A stretch of DNA of 61,850 bases from a virus (Duplodnaviria; Caudoviricetes). Position 1 is the stretch's first letter; every line of letters begins with the position of its first letter. Made by a program: the position numbers and the translations under genes. The stretch spans positions 1 to 61,850 of IMG/VR virus record IMGVR_UViG_3300032218_001507; one strand, 5' to 3'. Shown here piece by piece: positions 15,700 to 24,595 of the stretch. The notes beneath the pieces were generated by a model. The model made no database searches and was not told the origin of the DNA. It was given only the letters and a program-made list of their open reading frames with translations.

Positions 15700-16290
15700 T
15701 TAAAACTTAGAGGCGTCTCTGTATTTGGGGTCTGACATTTGAATAGCTACTGCCTTTTCAACTTCATTAATTGAAAATTTTCCTACAAGGCGTGCTAAAG
15801 CGTAAGAATCGGCAGCATTATCGTCATTAAACTCCACACCCCAACGCTTGTAAATTTGAAGGAGCATTTCTTGTTTTTTGGCATTGCCTTTGCCTGCTGC
15901 GTACTTTTTAAGGGTCATGGGAGGAACCTTTAATGGGTAACGACGATGGTCTCCTTCATCAAAAAAGTCATAAATTGCCAACCGAACTGTTGCCGACAAC
16001 TCACCAAGAACAAGTGCTGCTTGACTTGCTAATACTGTTCCTTCCATTGCTATATCCACAATATTCATTTCAACTTCCATCTCAACATAGTTGAGAGTGT
16101 CAATTAACCATTGACGAATGTCTACTAATCTTTCAATACCAAAATAAGGAGATTTATAAACCCACGTTAAATGTTTTTGCGGGTCATTTAACGACAAAAC
16201 AGTTAATGCAAATCCTGTAAGTGATTGGTCAATTCCAATCGTTACATCACCTTTTGTATTTAATCCACCATCAAGTAGTTTTGTTGGCAC
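15700..16290 (-). CDS. ruvC: RuvC-like Holliday junction resolvase
   Basis: IGIDQSLTGF, AMEG, LKKYAAGKGNAKK, DNAADSYALA. Confidence 0.85.
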   Translation of the reverse strand: MPTKLLDGGLNTKGDVTIGIDQSLTGFALTVLSLNDPQKHLTWVYKSPYFGIERLVDIRQWLIDTLNYVEMEVEMNIVDIAMEGTVLASQAALVLGELSATVRLAIYDFFDEGDHRRYPLKVPPMTLKKYAAGKGNAKKQEMLLQIYKRWGVEFNDDNAADSYALARLVGKFSINEVEKAVAIQMSDPKYRDASKF

Positions 16291-16567
16291 GGAGTTTTCT
16301 TTCTTCTATGACCATCTCAATGGTTCCAAGATATCCTGCCCCGTCTGTCAAGTTATCTCTTTTATGCATATACGATTCTCGTGCAATTTTTACCCATGCC
16401 ATTGCTAAACCTACTTGTTCTTCAGTAATGTCAATACCGAAAATAACTTCCCAACCCTTTTTAATTCGGTTGAAATTATCTAATGGGTGGTCGTAAGTGT
16501 AATTTCGGTCTCCTGTAATTAGTTTTTGAGCTTCTTCTAAAACAGTTTCGTTATGGGATGAAGACAT
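16271..16567 (-). CDS. DUF6378-like (all-alpha dNTP pyrophosphatase-like) protein
   Basis: LEEA...GDRxxxYxHPxDNFxRI...W...MxxVKIAR...DNxxDxAGY. Confidence 0.75.
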   Translation of the reverse strand: MSSSHNETVLEEAQKLITGDRNYTYDHPLDNFNRIKKGWEVIFGIDITEEQVGLAMAWVKIARESYMHKRDNLTDGAGYLGTIEMVIEERKLRANKTT

Positions 16568-17408
16568 ATTTTCCTGTTAACCATTCGTTAGATGCGGTAG
16601 TTGTAACGGGGTTTCTATTGGTTAAAAATAGTGCTGCTATAGCTGCTGATGCATTTGAAGTTCCAACCATAAACTTTGTTGTTCCATTGTTGTTTGTTAC
16701 ATACCAACGAGCATTGGTGTAATAACTTGTTGCCGTATTTCCATTGCTATAACGAGCAATATATGGCTTTGCAGTTGGGTCCCACGCTTTTCCTGATATA
16801 CCTGAGTCTGGGTTGTCGGTTGCACCAACGGAGATTACATCGGGCAAACATGCGATTGAATCCATTGCAGTTCTATTGCTTGCATTGCCTGTTGCTGCAA
16901 CTACTACAACTCCTTTGGCTTTAAGTGCTGCTACATCTTCTGCTGTGCCTGGAGGCACTGCACACCCTGCAAAAATTGCTCCTTGAGAAACATTTACTAC
17001 TTGAATGTTGTACTTAGCTTGGTTTGCAACAACCCAATCAAGAGCTAACTTAACCGCTTTGTTTGTGTAAAGGGTTGGGGAACCGTTTGAACTCATACCC
17101 ATAATACGAATTGGAATAATGCCTGCTGTTGGATTGACTTTGAGCATAATTGAAATCATTTGTGAGCCATGGTCAAATTGTGTGTAGGTAGTTGCTGGTA
17201 TGGCGGCTGCTCCAGTGCCTTCCATAGTTTGTTTTCCGTTTGGGCAGTTTGTATATTCAAGTACACAATATTCAGCAACAATGTTGCCTTTAAATTGATT
17301 GGTTCCTGTGTCAATAACCGCAATTGCTGGTGTAGGTAATGCGTGTGCTGATACCCCTGTAATAACGCTTAACGTTACTATTGCTGAAACTATTACCCTC
17401 TTTATCAT
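16551..17408 (-). CDS. Secreted subtilisin-like S8 serine peptidase
   Basis: Signal peptide; triad IDTG, HGSQM, GTSNAS; oxyanion ATGN. Confidence 0.9.
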   Translation of the reverse strand: MIKRVIVSAIVTLSVITGVSAHALPTPAIAVIDTGTNQFKGNIVAEYCVLEYTNCPNGKQTMEGTGAAAIPATTYTQFDHGSQMISIMLKVNPTAGIIPIRIMGMSSNGSPTLYTNKAVKLALDWVVANQAKYNIQVVNVSQGAIFAGCAVPPGTAEDVAALKAKGVVVVAATGNASNRTAMDSIACLPDVISVGATDNPDSGISGKAWDPTAKPYIARYSNGNTATSYYTNARWYVTNNNGTTKFMVGTSNASAAIAALFLTNRNPVTTTASNEWLTGKYVFIP

Positions 17409-17893
17409 GTTCCTAGCCTATCCTTTCGTGACATCCGTATGTCGTTTGTTCGTCGTGTAATCTCTCTTGAGACTAACGCTACATCTCTTTCAAAGTTGTT
17501 TGCTACAACTTCAACCATCTTGCGATAAGCATACGCATGGGTAAGTTGATTTTCCAAATCCTCAACCTTTGGGTCAGCAGCAACTTGAGCTTTAATAAGA
17601 GTAACTCGTTCACCTTTAACTTTTGAATTGTCTTTATCAAGAAATAATCTTGCCTCTAAAGAATCTTTCTTTTTGTTTAGTACATGTTCATCTACTTGAG
17701 CTGCAGCTAGCTGACCAGCAACATAATTAGACCACGCTGTAAGTTGAGTAAATAAAGCACTAAGTTCATCGCTGTCAAGTATTGAAATGTCTCGGGGCAT
17801 TTTAGGTTGTTCTGACTGGTCAGGCCACATCAAGATATTTTGTTCCGCCATCTTCTTTACGGCTAAATCTGATATTGGTCCTAGATTAAGCAT
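17405..17893 (-). CDS. Helical protein, possible UvsY-like recombination mediator
   Basis: Long coiled-coil character and position in the RecA/Cas4 block; function is inference. Confidence 0.45.
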   Translation of the reverse strand: MLNLGPISDLAVKKMAEQNILMWPDQSEQPKMPRDISILDSDELSALFTQLTAWSNYVAGQLAAAQVDEHVLNKKKDSLEARLFLDKDNSKVKGERVTLIKAQVAADPKVEDLENQLTHAYAYRKMVEVVANNFERDVALVSREITRRTNDIRMSRKDRLGT

Positions 17894-18743
17894 TCCAATC
17901 CCCCAAATTTATAAGTTTGTCACACTGTTTGCATCCTCCAGGATTGACGTTGCAATCAGGTATTTTACCTGCAGCTATTGTTTTTATCAATTTCTCAGCG
18001 CTAAAGAAAATACGTTCTACAATTTCATAATCTGCTTTAACTGTAAATTCTTTTGTTGCTTGGTCAGCTTTATTCTCGTACAAAAACACAATCTCTTTTG
18101 GAGCTTGGTTACCAAACATGCGATGTGTTAACTCTAAATACATTTGACCTTGAAGTAAATGACTGCGAAATGGACGACGAATGTTATTAAACGCTTTTGT
18201 TATATCTCCATTAGCGTCAGCCAAGATTTCTGGAGCTTCAAACCGTAAAGTTCCTGCTCCAATTGACTTAATTTCAATAAGGCAATCATCTCCTATGCCT
18301 TTAATCCAACCATCTGTGTGCCCCGCAATACGCAAAACATCATCTACAAGAGTAACTTCTTGATACTCCATGGTCTCTGCAGTGCCGCATTCATCACACT
18401 CAGGAGATATTCCTGTGGTTGTTGTTTTACACGCTACGCATTGAAACTTGCCGTAAAGAACGCCCATCTCTTGGAATCGTTTTTGCCACTTAGCATGGAT
18501 GTAATGTCCTTCATCAAAAATATTTTGCAATCTTAGGTTTGGTTTGTCTCTTTTTGCCTCTCCACCCGTTAACAAGTAATAAGAATAACGGTGACACCAG
18601 TCAGGTTTAATGATTTCTGACGGGTGGAGGACATCTTGACGACGATTATCCAATGGACGACGCATAAGGTGTCGTTCAACATCACCCAATAAGCGTGTTG
18701 TCGTTTTCTTTGCATCTAAGAACTTTTTCAGTTCTGTTCCCAT
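17886..18743 (-). CDS. Cas4-like PD-(D/E)xK exonuclease
   Basis: HPS...WC, GHxIH, GHTDG, IEIKS, QGQMY, C-terminal C..CKQC; internal CVAC/CDEC ribbon. Confidence 0.85.
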   Translation of the reverse strand: MGTELKKFLDAKKTTTRLLGDVERHLMRRPLDNRRQDVLHPSEIIKPDWCHRYSYYLLTGGEAKRDKPNLRLQNIFDEGHYIHAKWQKRFQEMGVLYGKFQCVACKTTTTGISPECDECGTAETMEYQEVTLVDDVLRIAGHTDGWIKGIGDDCLIEIKSIGAGTLRFEAPEILADANGDITKAFNNIRRPFRSHLLQGQMYLELTHRMFGNQAPKEIVFLYENKADQATKEFTVKADYEIVERIFFSAEKLIKTIAAGKIPDCNVNPGGCKQCDKLINLGDWNA

Positions 18744-18744
18744 G

Positions 18745-19077
18745 TTAGTCCTTACTGAAAATAAACTCCTTAAGAGTCATTTTCTTAGCGAATGTTTTTT
18801 TGTGCTTACGGATTAAAGCATTACGTTCTCTGTGGCTTAAACCTCCCCAGATTCCATGCGGCTCTTCTCTGTTTATCGCATCCCATAAACAGTCTTTTAA
18901 TACTGGACATGGGTTCTTGCCGTTTTCTCCAAAACAATATGCTTTGGCTTTTTCAGCTATTAACTTGTACTTTTCTTTGTCTCTAGGAGGATAAAAAATA
19001 TCTTCTTCATCCCGGGATTTTGGGGCGGCACCAAAGCAACGAGCTTTAGACCACCAGGGTGTGTCTTCTTCATACAT
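18745..19077 (-). CDS. whiB: WhiB-family Fe-S transcription regulator
   Basis: W...ARC...FYP...AKAYC...CPVxxxC...GIWGGLSxRER. Confidence 0.92.
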   Translation of the reverse strand: MYEEDTPWWSKARCFGAAPKSRDEEDIFYPPRDKEKYKLIAEKAKAYCFGENGKNPCPVLKDCLWDAINREEPHGIWGGLSHRERNALIRKHKKTFAKKMTLKEFIFSKD

Positions 19078-19080
19078 GTA

Positions 19081-19398
19081 TTAGGCATCCTTAAGTCGGT
19101 CCCTCATCTCTAAGAAATCGTCTTCAAGAAGAATTACATAATTCTCCCCGTCTAGATGAACACCCAAAACGGGCATACGTCCATCCATGATTGCCTCTCC
19201 AGTGATTTTCTTCAACACCTCCGATTTTACTGAAAAAGATTTTTTTCCAGTAAACTTGTGTTCAATCAAGAGGTCGCTTGACCGAACATCTCCTTTGTGA
19301 GACCAAAACGCTCCAGAAGCTGCCATTGTCTTACCACCTATTTTTTTAGCAAGACGTTTTTCATGCTTCTGTGATTGTTTTTGTCCTTCAGTCTTCAT
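19081..19398 (-). CDS. Hjc-like (PD-(D/E)xK) Holliday junction resolvase
   Basis: HEKRLAKKIGG...SGA...KGDV...IEHK; ATG at 19398 overlapping the recA end. Confidence 0.75.
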   Translation of the reverse strand: MKTEGQKQSQKHEKRLAKKIGGKTMAASGAFWSHKGDVRSSDLLIEHKFTGKKSFSVKSEVLKKITGEAIMDGRMPVLGVHLDGENYVILLEDDFLEMRDRLKDA

Positions 19399-20437
19399 CG
19401 TCCGCCAATATTGGTGCAGCGTCAGATGACAGTACGGCTTTCTGTATTTCTTCTTTAAGGTCAACTTCTTCACGGATGCTAGCAATAACAGAATCAATCC
19501 CCTGCCATTTTCTTTCGCCGTAATAAAACCAACCACCTTTGCGTTCAACAACTCCCATGATTACACCAAGAGATGCAATTTCTTTAGCGAAATCAAACTC
19601 TCCTGGAGCACAGTTGCCACCTTCTGCAAAGTAGAAATCAAAATACGCAACACGTTGTGGTGGTGCGGTTTTATTTTTTAAAGTACGAACAACAATTTGT
19701 TGACCTACTCGTACTTTATTTGTTCCAGTACCAATTTCAATCCATTCCTTACGACGAACTTCACAACGAGTAAAAAATGCATAATTCTTACCTTCACCGC
19801 CAGGGGTTGTGCGTGGGTCGCCGTGCATAACGCCAATTTTCATACGGTATTGATTAATAATAAGACCTAACACAGGTCGCTCATCTTCTGTGAGACTACG
19901 TTTCATTGCTGTACCAACTACACGAAAAAACTTGTTAGTAAGAAGCGCTCCTCTTCCAACAGTCATTTGATTCATGTCATTTTCCATCTCTGGCATTGGA
20001 GAAAGAGCTGGAAGTGAATCAATAACAATTGCATCTACAGATTTAGATTCTGCAAATTCAATAACTGCTTGATATGCCTCTTCCATAATAGAAGTTTCAA
20101 TAACAATTACACGGCTAGTATCTACGCCGCACATCGCTGCATATTCTGGAACCCATTGTTCTGCAGCTACCCACACTGTTGTGTAATCAGGGTTTAGCGC
20201 TTGATTTGCTGCAATAGTTTTAAGAGCGAGAGCTGTCTTGCCGTGCGACGGCTCACCAATAAGCTCATTCCATTGGTTACCAGGAAACCCACCACCGAGA
20301 ACATAGTCAAGAGTAGTGCTACCACTAGTAATACGGGGAATAATATCGCTGCGAATATCAGACGCAAAAACAACAACATCAGATTTAAACTTTTTGTTAA
20401 GTTGTGCAACAAGTTTTCTAGCTTCAGCATTTATCAT
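19388..20437 (-). CDS. recA: RecA/UvsX-like recombinase
   Basis: LDYVLGGGFP, Walker A GEPSHGKT, VIDSL, INQYR.KIGVM.GDP.TTPGG, KNKTAPP. Confidence 0.95.
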   Translation of the reverse strand: MINAEARKLVAQLNKKFKSDVVVFASDIRSDIIPRITSGSTTLDYVLGGGFPGNQWNELIGEPSHGKTALALKTIAANQALNPDYTTVWVAAEQWVPEYAAMCGVDTSRVIVIETSIMEEAYQAVIEFAESKSVDAIVIDSLPALSPMPEMENDMNQMTVGRGALLTNKFFRVVGTAMKRSLTEDERPVLGLIINQYRMKIGVMHGDPRTTPGGEGKNYAFFTRCEVRRKEWIEIGTGTNKVRVGQQIVVRTLKNKTAPPQRVAYFDFYFAEGGNCAPGEFDFAKEIASLGVIMGVVERKGGWFYYGERKWQGIDSVIASIREEVDLKEEIQKAVLSSDAAPILADDED

Positions 20438-20814
20438 ATTTTCTGTCCTTGAGAGTTGTAACCATCTGGCATTGGATTAAATCCACCGGTTGTATTTCCT
20501 ATTGCACTTTTTGCAGTGCCTTCTACTTTTGCACCAGTCAATGCACCGTATCTAGAACCTGATTGACTAATTGGATATCCACAGTCATAGCAACGAAGAG
20601 CAATAGTTTGACTAGGGGACATGTAATTATTGCCACCACATTCTGGGCAACTCTGTGTTTGTGCTGCACTTTGAGCAGTAGTGCGTTGTTGTTGTGGGGG
20701 AACATATGGAGTCATAGGCTGTTGCGTTGGAGGCATAGGGTTGTTAGCGGAACGTTGTACCGGTGCTTGAGGTTGTGCACCTAACTGTTTAGACCACCAA
20801 TCTGCATTACTCAT
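20434..20814 (-). CDS. Zn-ribbon protein with Pro/Gln-rich N-terminus
   Basis: CPECG...RCYDCGYP; ATGA overlap with the polA stop. Confidence 0.75.
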   Translation of the reverse strand: MSNADWWSKQLGAQPQAPVQRSANNPMPPTQQPMTPYVPPQQQRTTAQSAAQTQSCPECGGNNYMSPSQTIALRCYDCGYPISQSGSRYGALTGAKVEGTAKSAIGNTTGGFNPMPDGYNSQGQKI

Positions 20815-22808
20815 TTTGCTTCTCCCCACTTGTCTACAATTTTAACATCGGCAATAAGAGGAACTGTAATCTCTGGCAGTTTAATACCTTCCATTGACAC
20901 TCTAATTGCCTCCGCTGTTTCTTCTGCTAAATCTTCACGTGCCACTGTAACGAGTTCGTCGTGCACAGTCAATACGACATTCACATCCGGCTCGTCTATA
21001 AAACACGAGTGCGCCCTTACAATCGCTAATTTCATTAAATCTGCAGCAGAACCCTGAATTACAGTGTTGAATGCTTGTCGGTCTGCTCTGCTCTTTAACC
21101 CACGTTCTGAGCTTTTTAAATCAGGAATATAACGACGGCGACCAAAAACAGTCTCTACATAAGGAACGGGAGAACGCTGTGTGGAAAGTCTAAGTACTTT
21201 GGCTTTGTACTTAGCAATATCATGAAACCGTTCTGTAAAATCATTAAGAAGTTTTTTTGCGGCATCAATAGTTACTCCCAAAGAAGATGCAATCTTGTCT
21301 GGTCCTACGCCGTATGTCATAGCAAGAACTAATACCTTACCTGCTTTACGGTCTAGTCCTACAGTGTCACCAATTGTGGTGTAAATATCTTTACCTGTTA
21401 AGTAATTATCCATCATAATTGGGTCATTAGAAAACGACGCTACAATGCGTGGTTCAATCTGTGAGTAATCTGCTACAACCAACTTGTATCCTGGTGGTGC
21501 GACAAACAGATTACGAATTAACTTGCCATATTGACCTGATGAAGGAATGTTTTGTAAGTTTGGGTCACTACTAGAAAAACGACCTGTTTCTGCTCCATGC
21601 GATTTAAAACTTGTGTGTACTTTACCATTAACTAAAAGAGATTTTTTCTCAATAATGCGTGATTTACCTGCAGTAGTGCGAGTAATATCTCCGCCTAAAT
21701 AAGGCATAACATAAGTAGTCATTAACTTATTTAAATCTTGATAATCCAAAATTGCATCAACTAACTCATCTTTAGAACGATAAAACTCAAGCGCATCTGA
21801 TGACACTGAATACTGACTTATAGTAGGTGATTGACCTGCTGCCAACATGTCTTGACCTTTGGTGGTCAATGCAATCTTTACTTTTAAGTTTGGTTTGATA
21901 CCACGTCCTTCTGGCTTAGGAGAAAACAAAATCTGTTGTTTTTCTTGAACTGAGTTCATAGAAAATGCTTTACCTGCTAATTTCCAAGCGCGAGCTTTAG
22001 AGTCATCAATATCAATCTCTAATCTTTTTTTAAGGTTTTCTAACTCGGTAACATCAACGGTTGCTCCTGCTAATTCCATATCACACAATGCGCCAACAAC
22101 ATCCATCTCTAATCCCCACACACGAGCAAGACTTCCCGTAAGTTTTGGAGCAAGTTCTTTATACAACTTCCAAGTTACTTCTGAGTCAAAACCTGAATAA
22201 TGAGCCACATCTGAAAAAGAATGCACCTCAACCATTGCTCCTATACCTTTTTCAACTTTAATCTTTAAGTATTTTTCAGCACAATCTTTTAACCCCAGCT
22301 TTCCGCGATTACGGTTGTCTAGAATAAACGCAGCCATAAGTGTGTCAAAAAATGGTTTCTTAGGAACTACACCACGGTAGTATTTAGCAATTGACTTTAA
22401 ATCAAACTTAACATTGTGACCTACTTTGAGTTGGTCACTAAAAAATAAAGGTTTTAAAGCTTTAAAAACTTCTCCTGGAAGTAATTGTTCTGGAGGAGCA
22501 TCAAATACCGGTGTCCACTTTGCTTGGTTCTTTGAGTAATCAATGTCTTTAAGTTCTTTGCCTGCTGCAAGTTTTTTTTGACCACTGAGTAACATCTCTT
22601 TATCCCAGCGTAAAAACTCTCCATTAGGATGTCCCATAGGAATAACGTCTGTGCGATTATCTGTTGCTAATGAAATCCAAAGTACATCATTAACAACTGG
22701 TTGGATACGGTTTTCTCCAACAGTTTCTACGTCAAATGCAAAACCATCTACCTTGGAGTAAAACTCAACAAGGTTTGCTAACTGTTCTTTTGTTGTAATG
22801 ATATTCAT
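20811..22808 (-). CDS. polA: Family A DNA polymerase with 3'-5' exonuclease
   Basis: Exo FDVET, HNVKFD, YSGFD; TGRFSSSDPNLQNIP; motif A DYSQIE; motif B RKAGKVLVLAMTYG; motif C VHDEL. Confidence 0.97.
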   Translation of the reverse strand: MNIITTKEQLANLVEFYSKVDGFAFDVETVGENRIQPVVNDVLWISLATDNRTDVIPMGHPNGEFLRWDKEMLLSGQKKLAAGKELKDIDYSKNQAKWTPVFDAPPEQLLPGEVFKALKPLFFSDQLKVGHNVKFDLKSIAKYYRGVVPKKPFFDTLMAAFILDNRNRGKLGLKDCAEKYLKIKVEKGIGAMVEVHSFSDVAHYSGFDSEVTWKLYKELAPKLTGSLARVWGLEMDVVGALCDMELAGATVDVTELENLKKRLEIDIDDSKARAWKLAGKAFSMNSVQEKQQILFSPKPEGRGIKPNLKVKIALTTKGQDMLAAGQSPTISQYSVSSDALEFYRSKDELVDAILDYQDLNKLMTTYVMPYLGGDITRTTAGKSRIIEKKSLLVNGKVHTSFKSHGAETGRFSSSDPNLQNIPSSGQYGKLIRNLFVAPPGYKLVVADYSQIEPRIVASFSNDPIMMDNYLTGKDIYTTIGDTVGLDRKAGKVLVLAMTYGVGPDKIASSLGVTIDAAKKLLNDFTERFHDIAKYKAKVLRLSTQRSPVPYVETVFGRRRYIPDLKSSERGLKSRADRQAFNTVIQGSAADLMKLAIVRAHSCFIDEPDVNVVLTVHDELVTVAREDLAEETAEAIRVSMEGIKLPEITVPLIADVKIVDKWGEAK

Positions 22809-22826
22809 TTAAATCCCTCTGGTTGT

Positions 22827-22867
22827 GTAGAGGGGGACCTGGAAACGGAAGACAGGCCCCCCACTAC
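22827..22867 (-). promoter_or_regulatory. GC-rich hairpin between ssb and polA, no U-tract
   Basis: Minus strand gtagtggggggcctg-tcttccgtttc-caggtccccctctac. Confidence 0.6.
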
Positions 22868-22878
22868 GGTGGAAGTTT

Positions 22879-23529
22879 TTACGCTATTGAACGAGCAATT
22901 TCAAGGAGTTCGGAGCGAGGGGTCTCTCGTACTACTTCATCTGCTGTAAAAGGCACAGCAGCTGCAATCTGTTCAGTAACGTTGTCCAAAGACAACTTCC
23001 ATTCCTCTGCAAGGTCACGACCACGAACGTAGTTGAGGGTGTACTGCGTTGTTGGTCCTGTACCCATGCGAGAAATTTCCCAGAACTCACGGTCAAGTGG
23101 TCCTTTGCGCTCATCATCGTGAGCTTTCTTAATCTGACGTGCGAGTGAAGGCGGTGCAGTCAAAACCTGTACACCGACAGTGTCGCCAACAAGTACTAAA
23201 ATGTTGAATGCAAACTTTCCACGAGGCTTGTCGCCAAGAACTTCGCAGAGTGGGCAACCATCTCCGATACAAACAAAAGACTTCTTACCCTTAGGGCGTT
23301 CAATCCAGTGCTGTTCGTAGGTTGCAAATGGGCGGTCTTGCAAGAACTTAATGAGCTGTGGCTCATCTGCAAAACGGAAATCAGTTGGGAACTCAGAGTT
23401 CTTAGCATCTTCCAATGCTACGACTGCATCCCATCCTTCTTGGACGGTTGTTCCAACTTTAGGTTGAATATCTGCGCTATCTTCAGCGAGATATGTGTCA
23501 GCATCAACTGACGGCTGTGTGATTGGCAT
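22879..23529 (-). CDS. Single-stranded DNA-binding protein (gp32-like)
   Basis: QHW...FVC...CPLC Zn motif, SRxGTGPTTQY; position before polA. Confidence 0.7.
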   Translation of the reverse strand: MPITQPSVDADTYLAEDSADIQPKVGTTVQEGWDAVVALEDAKNSEFPTDFRFADEPQLIKFLQDRPFATYEQHWIERPKGKKSFVCIGDGCPLCEVLGDKPRGKFAFNILVLVGDTVGVQVLTAPPSLARQIKKAHDDERKGPLDREFWEISRMGTGPTTQYTLNYVRGRDLAEEWKLSLDNVTEQIAAAVPFTADEVVRETPRSELLEIARSIA

Positions 23530-23552
23530 GTGTTTCCTTTAGGTAATGAGGC

Positions 23553-24029
23553 CTATCGGCTCTCTGTGGATGTGATTTCCTTCCAGCGGCTAATCAATGC
23601 CTCTGTAAGGTCTTCGTGCTGACCCCACTCTACACGAGCGGTGCCTATTAGCCCTCTTTTGACGAACTCGTCAATCGTGGCTTCAATGAGTTCTCGGGTG
23701 TATACCCGATTACCACCAGTCTTCTTACCGCCAAGTGTCTTAGCGCGAAGTCTGTATGGTGCTCCTGGTATGTAACCTTTGCGCTCCCATAAACGAACAG
23801 AAACAATAGATTTTTCCAACGCCTGTGCTAAAGCACCAATGGTGAAAACTTCCGTGTCTTGCCCGCCTAATCGTTTAATGATTGGGTTTGCATCCCAACC
23901 ATTTGTTTCTCCCGCCTTACGGCGAGAAACCTTTGGGTCTGCTTCACGTCGTTTTTTCTTTGAGCCTGGAACGTATTCCAAATCTGCAAATGCCTTCTCA
24001 ATTTCGTCGTGACCTCGTAGACCAGCCAT
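23553..24029 (-). CDS. MerR-like HTH DNA-binding protein
   Basis: FTIGALAQAL..SIVSVRLWERKGYIP...GNRVYT. Confidence 0.75.
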   Translation of the reverse strand: MAGLRGHDEIEKAFADLEYVPGSKKKRREADPKVSRRKAGETNGWDANPIIKRLGGQDTEVFTIGALAQALEKSIVSVRLWERKGYIPGAPYRLRAKTLGGKKTGGNRVYTRELIEATIDEFVKRGLIGTARVEWGQHEDLTEALISRWKEITSTESR

Positions 24030-24154
24030 TATTTATCCTCTAATTTATCTACGTAACTTCCTATTGGTTCTGCGTGTTTGTCACAGCAAACGGAACCATC
24101 TATCCAGATGTACCACTCAACTGTATTAGAACATCCTTCTACATAACATTTCAT
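24029..24154 (-). CDS. Small Zn-binding hypothetical protein (41 aa, not in ORF track)
   Basis: MKCYVEGC...CCDKH...; TAATG overlap with the next gene. Confidence 0.55.
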   Translation of the reverse strand: MKCYVEGCSNTVEWYIWIDGSVCCDKHAEPIGSYVDKLEDK

Positions 24155-24156
24155 AT

Positions 24157-24594
24157 TTACTTCTTTAGTACCAACGCCCAAGTAATTGAAGATGGGTACA
24201 TCTCATCAACTTCTGCTTCGGTAAGTTCGTCGTTATACAACGCTGCCATTAATGCGTCTTCATCAACAACACGAACGGTTTTATAAAGAGTATCTTCCAT
24301 ACCTTTTTCAATAATAATTTCTTCTGCTCGTATCTCATCAATCTTGCGTGATACACGACGTTGTTTGGTAATAGCAGTGTAACCATCTACTTCTTCTGGA
24401 AGTTCAATAATAAGATTGCCTTTGTCGTCCTCTTCACCATCAAGGTCAAGAACCTCAAACAACTCAGCACGAAGAGCTTTTTGTTCTTTTTCTAAATAAT
24501 CTAACTGTGATTTAAGAAATGAGTATTTTTTTGCACGAGCAATTAAGTCTGTCTCGTCTACGTTACGTAATTCTTCTGGCTTTACTTTTGCCAT
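24157..24594 (-). CDS. Acidic coiled-coil hypothetical protein
   Basis: ggggga SD; operon packing. Confidence 0.7.
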   Translation of the reverse strand: MAKVKPEELRNVDETDLIARAKKYSFLKSQLDYLEKEQKALRAELFEVLDLDGEEDDKGNLIIELPEEVDGYTAITKQRRVSRKIDEIRAEEIIIEKGMEDTLYKTVRVVDEDALMAALYNDELTEAEVDEMYPSSITWALVLKK

Positions 24595-24595
24595 G

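Noticed and set aside
17886-18743. CRISPR-Cas system suggested by the Cas4-like gene
   Set aside because: No repeat-spacer array or other cas genes; stand-alone Cas4-like nucleases are common in phage recombination modules
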